Assembly (NCBI GenBank): GCA_031368215.1
Contig: JANLRD010000135.1
Span: 11,805-75,804, forward strand
Source: Acidimicrobiia bacterium
Lineage (GTDB): Bacteria > Actinomycetota > Acidimicrobiia > Acidimicrobiales > JANYDT01
Direction of reading: 5' to 3'
Length of the DNA: 64,000 bases
The translations under genes and the position numbers were made by a program. Under the pieces are notes generated by a model. That model was not told the DNA's origin and ran no database searches. It saw nothing but the letters and a program-made list of their open reading frames with translations. Within the stretch, counting starts at the first letter, position 1. Each line of letters starts with the position of its first letter. Of the stretch, positions 63,568 to 64,000 are shown one piece after another.

Positions 63568-64000
63568 CGTGGTGTCGAGCCGTTTTCTGGTGAGGTCACC
63601 GGAGCGACCGGTCGTGATGCAGCGTTCGAGGCGGGCTGTTGCGCCGCCGCGTGTGTCTTCTCGTGCAGCCGGATCAGAGAGTCGGCGGTTCGCTGCGGAT
63701 GCTGGGCATGGAGGTCGTGGTCGGCGTCGGCGAACCATTCGATATCGACCGACATGGGGCTGGCGTTCGCGCACTCGGCTGCGCCGACCGCCTTGTCGTG
63801 GCTCCAATCGGCGGCGCTGTCGGCGAGAAGGAGCGCGGCGGGTACTGCGAGCCGGGCGAAGCTGGCAACCGGATCGTGTTCCCAGAGTGCCCGCAGGATC
63901 GCGAGATGGCGGTCACGGCTGAGCCACGCAGCGATGGTGCCGTCGTGTCGCACCTCGAAGTTTGCGAGTGACCCGTCGATGCCGCTCTCCGGCCAGTCCG
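63564..64000 (-). CDS. alpha/beta hydrolase, C-terminal part (5' end outside window)
   Basis: ORF 63564..63953 stays open upstream to 64000 in my hand translation (...DWPESGIDGSLANFEV). It has ADADHDLHAQHP (catalytic His context). Its stop overlaps the downstream start (ATGA). Confidence 0.6.
   Translation of the reverse strand, partial: DWPESGIDGSLANFEVRHDGTIAAWLSRDRHLAILRALWEHDPVASFARLAVPAALLLADSAADWSHDKAVGAAECANASPMSVDIEWFADADHDLHAQHPQRTADSLIRLHEKTHAAAQQPASNAASRPVAPVTSPENGSTPR

Overview
This is a high-GC chromosomal segment (judged by eye, GC not computed), almost certainly from Actinomycetota. It carries an MshC-type mycothiol ligase, an F420-dependent NADP reductase and an InhA-type FabI. 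On the minus strand it keeps the order thrS-HIT-pgsA1-patA-pimA ... pdxS-pdxT-yebC known from Mycobacterium. I call about 60 densely packed protein genes, many with ATGA/GTGA start-stop overlaps. Content is mainly housekeeping: PLP synthase, ThrRS, phosphatidylinositol/PIM genes, ruvCAB-queA, aconitase, an acyl-ACP desaturase, an acyl-CoA carboxyltransferase, crotonases, an amino-acid ABC transporter and a metal ABC transporter. There is also an OmpR/HK two-component pair and an ECF sigma factor. I saw no rRNA, tRNA, CRISPR, transposase, integrase or phage gene, and no recognisable defence system. The ORF track contains many long antisense or out-of-frame ORFs typical of high-GC DNA, which I rejected. 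The main items for a second look are listed here. (1) A ~73-nt double-hairpin intergenic repeat is present four times, always in the same orientation (12554, 35717, 50399, 62122), with a possible second module and a degenerate half-copy. (2) A ~147-bp inverted structure between two convergent genes carries six copies of GCCGCA(C/G)ATC at exact 21-bp phasing. (3) A peptidase-S51-like domain is fused to a cysteinyl-tRNA-synthetase-type C-terminal module. (4) A membrane-anchored poly-Ser protein ends in a small HWRKH-containing domain. (5) A single 1,096-aa (1,146-aa in the longest ORF) GH18-like/CE4 deacetylase/GT2 synthase polypeptide sits beside a two-component system and a secreted ComEA-like protein. 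(6) A two-gene module (TM coiled-coil protein plus BON/OmpA-C protein) occurs twice in tandem. (7) A thiolase-like protein without the usual catalytic residues lies in an operon with two alpha/beta-hydrolase-fold proteins. (8) Two fold-type-II PLP enzymes sit next to an APH-fold kinase. All homology statements come from motif recognition by eye, not from database searches.
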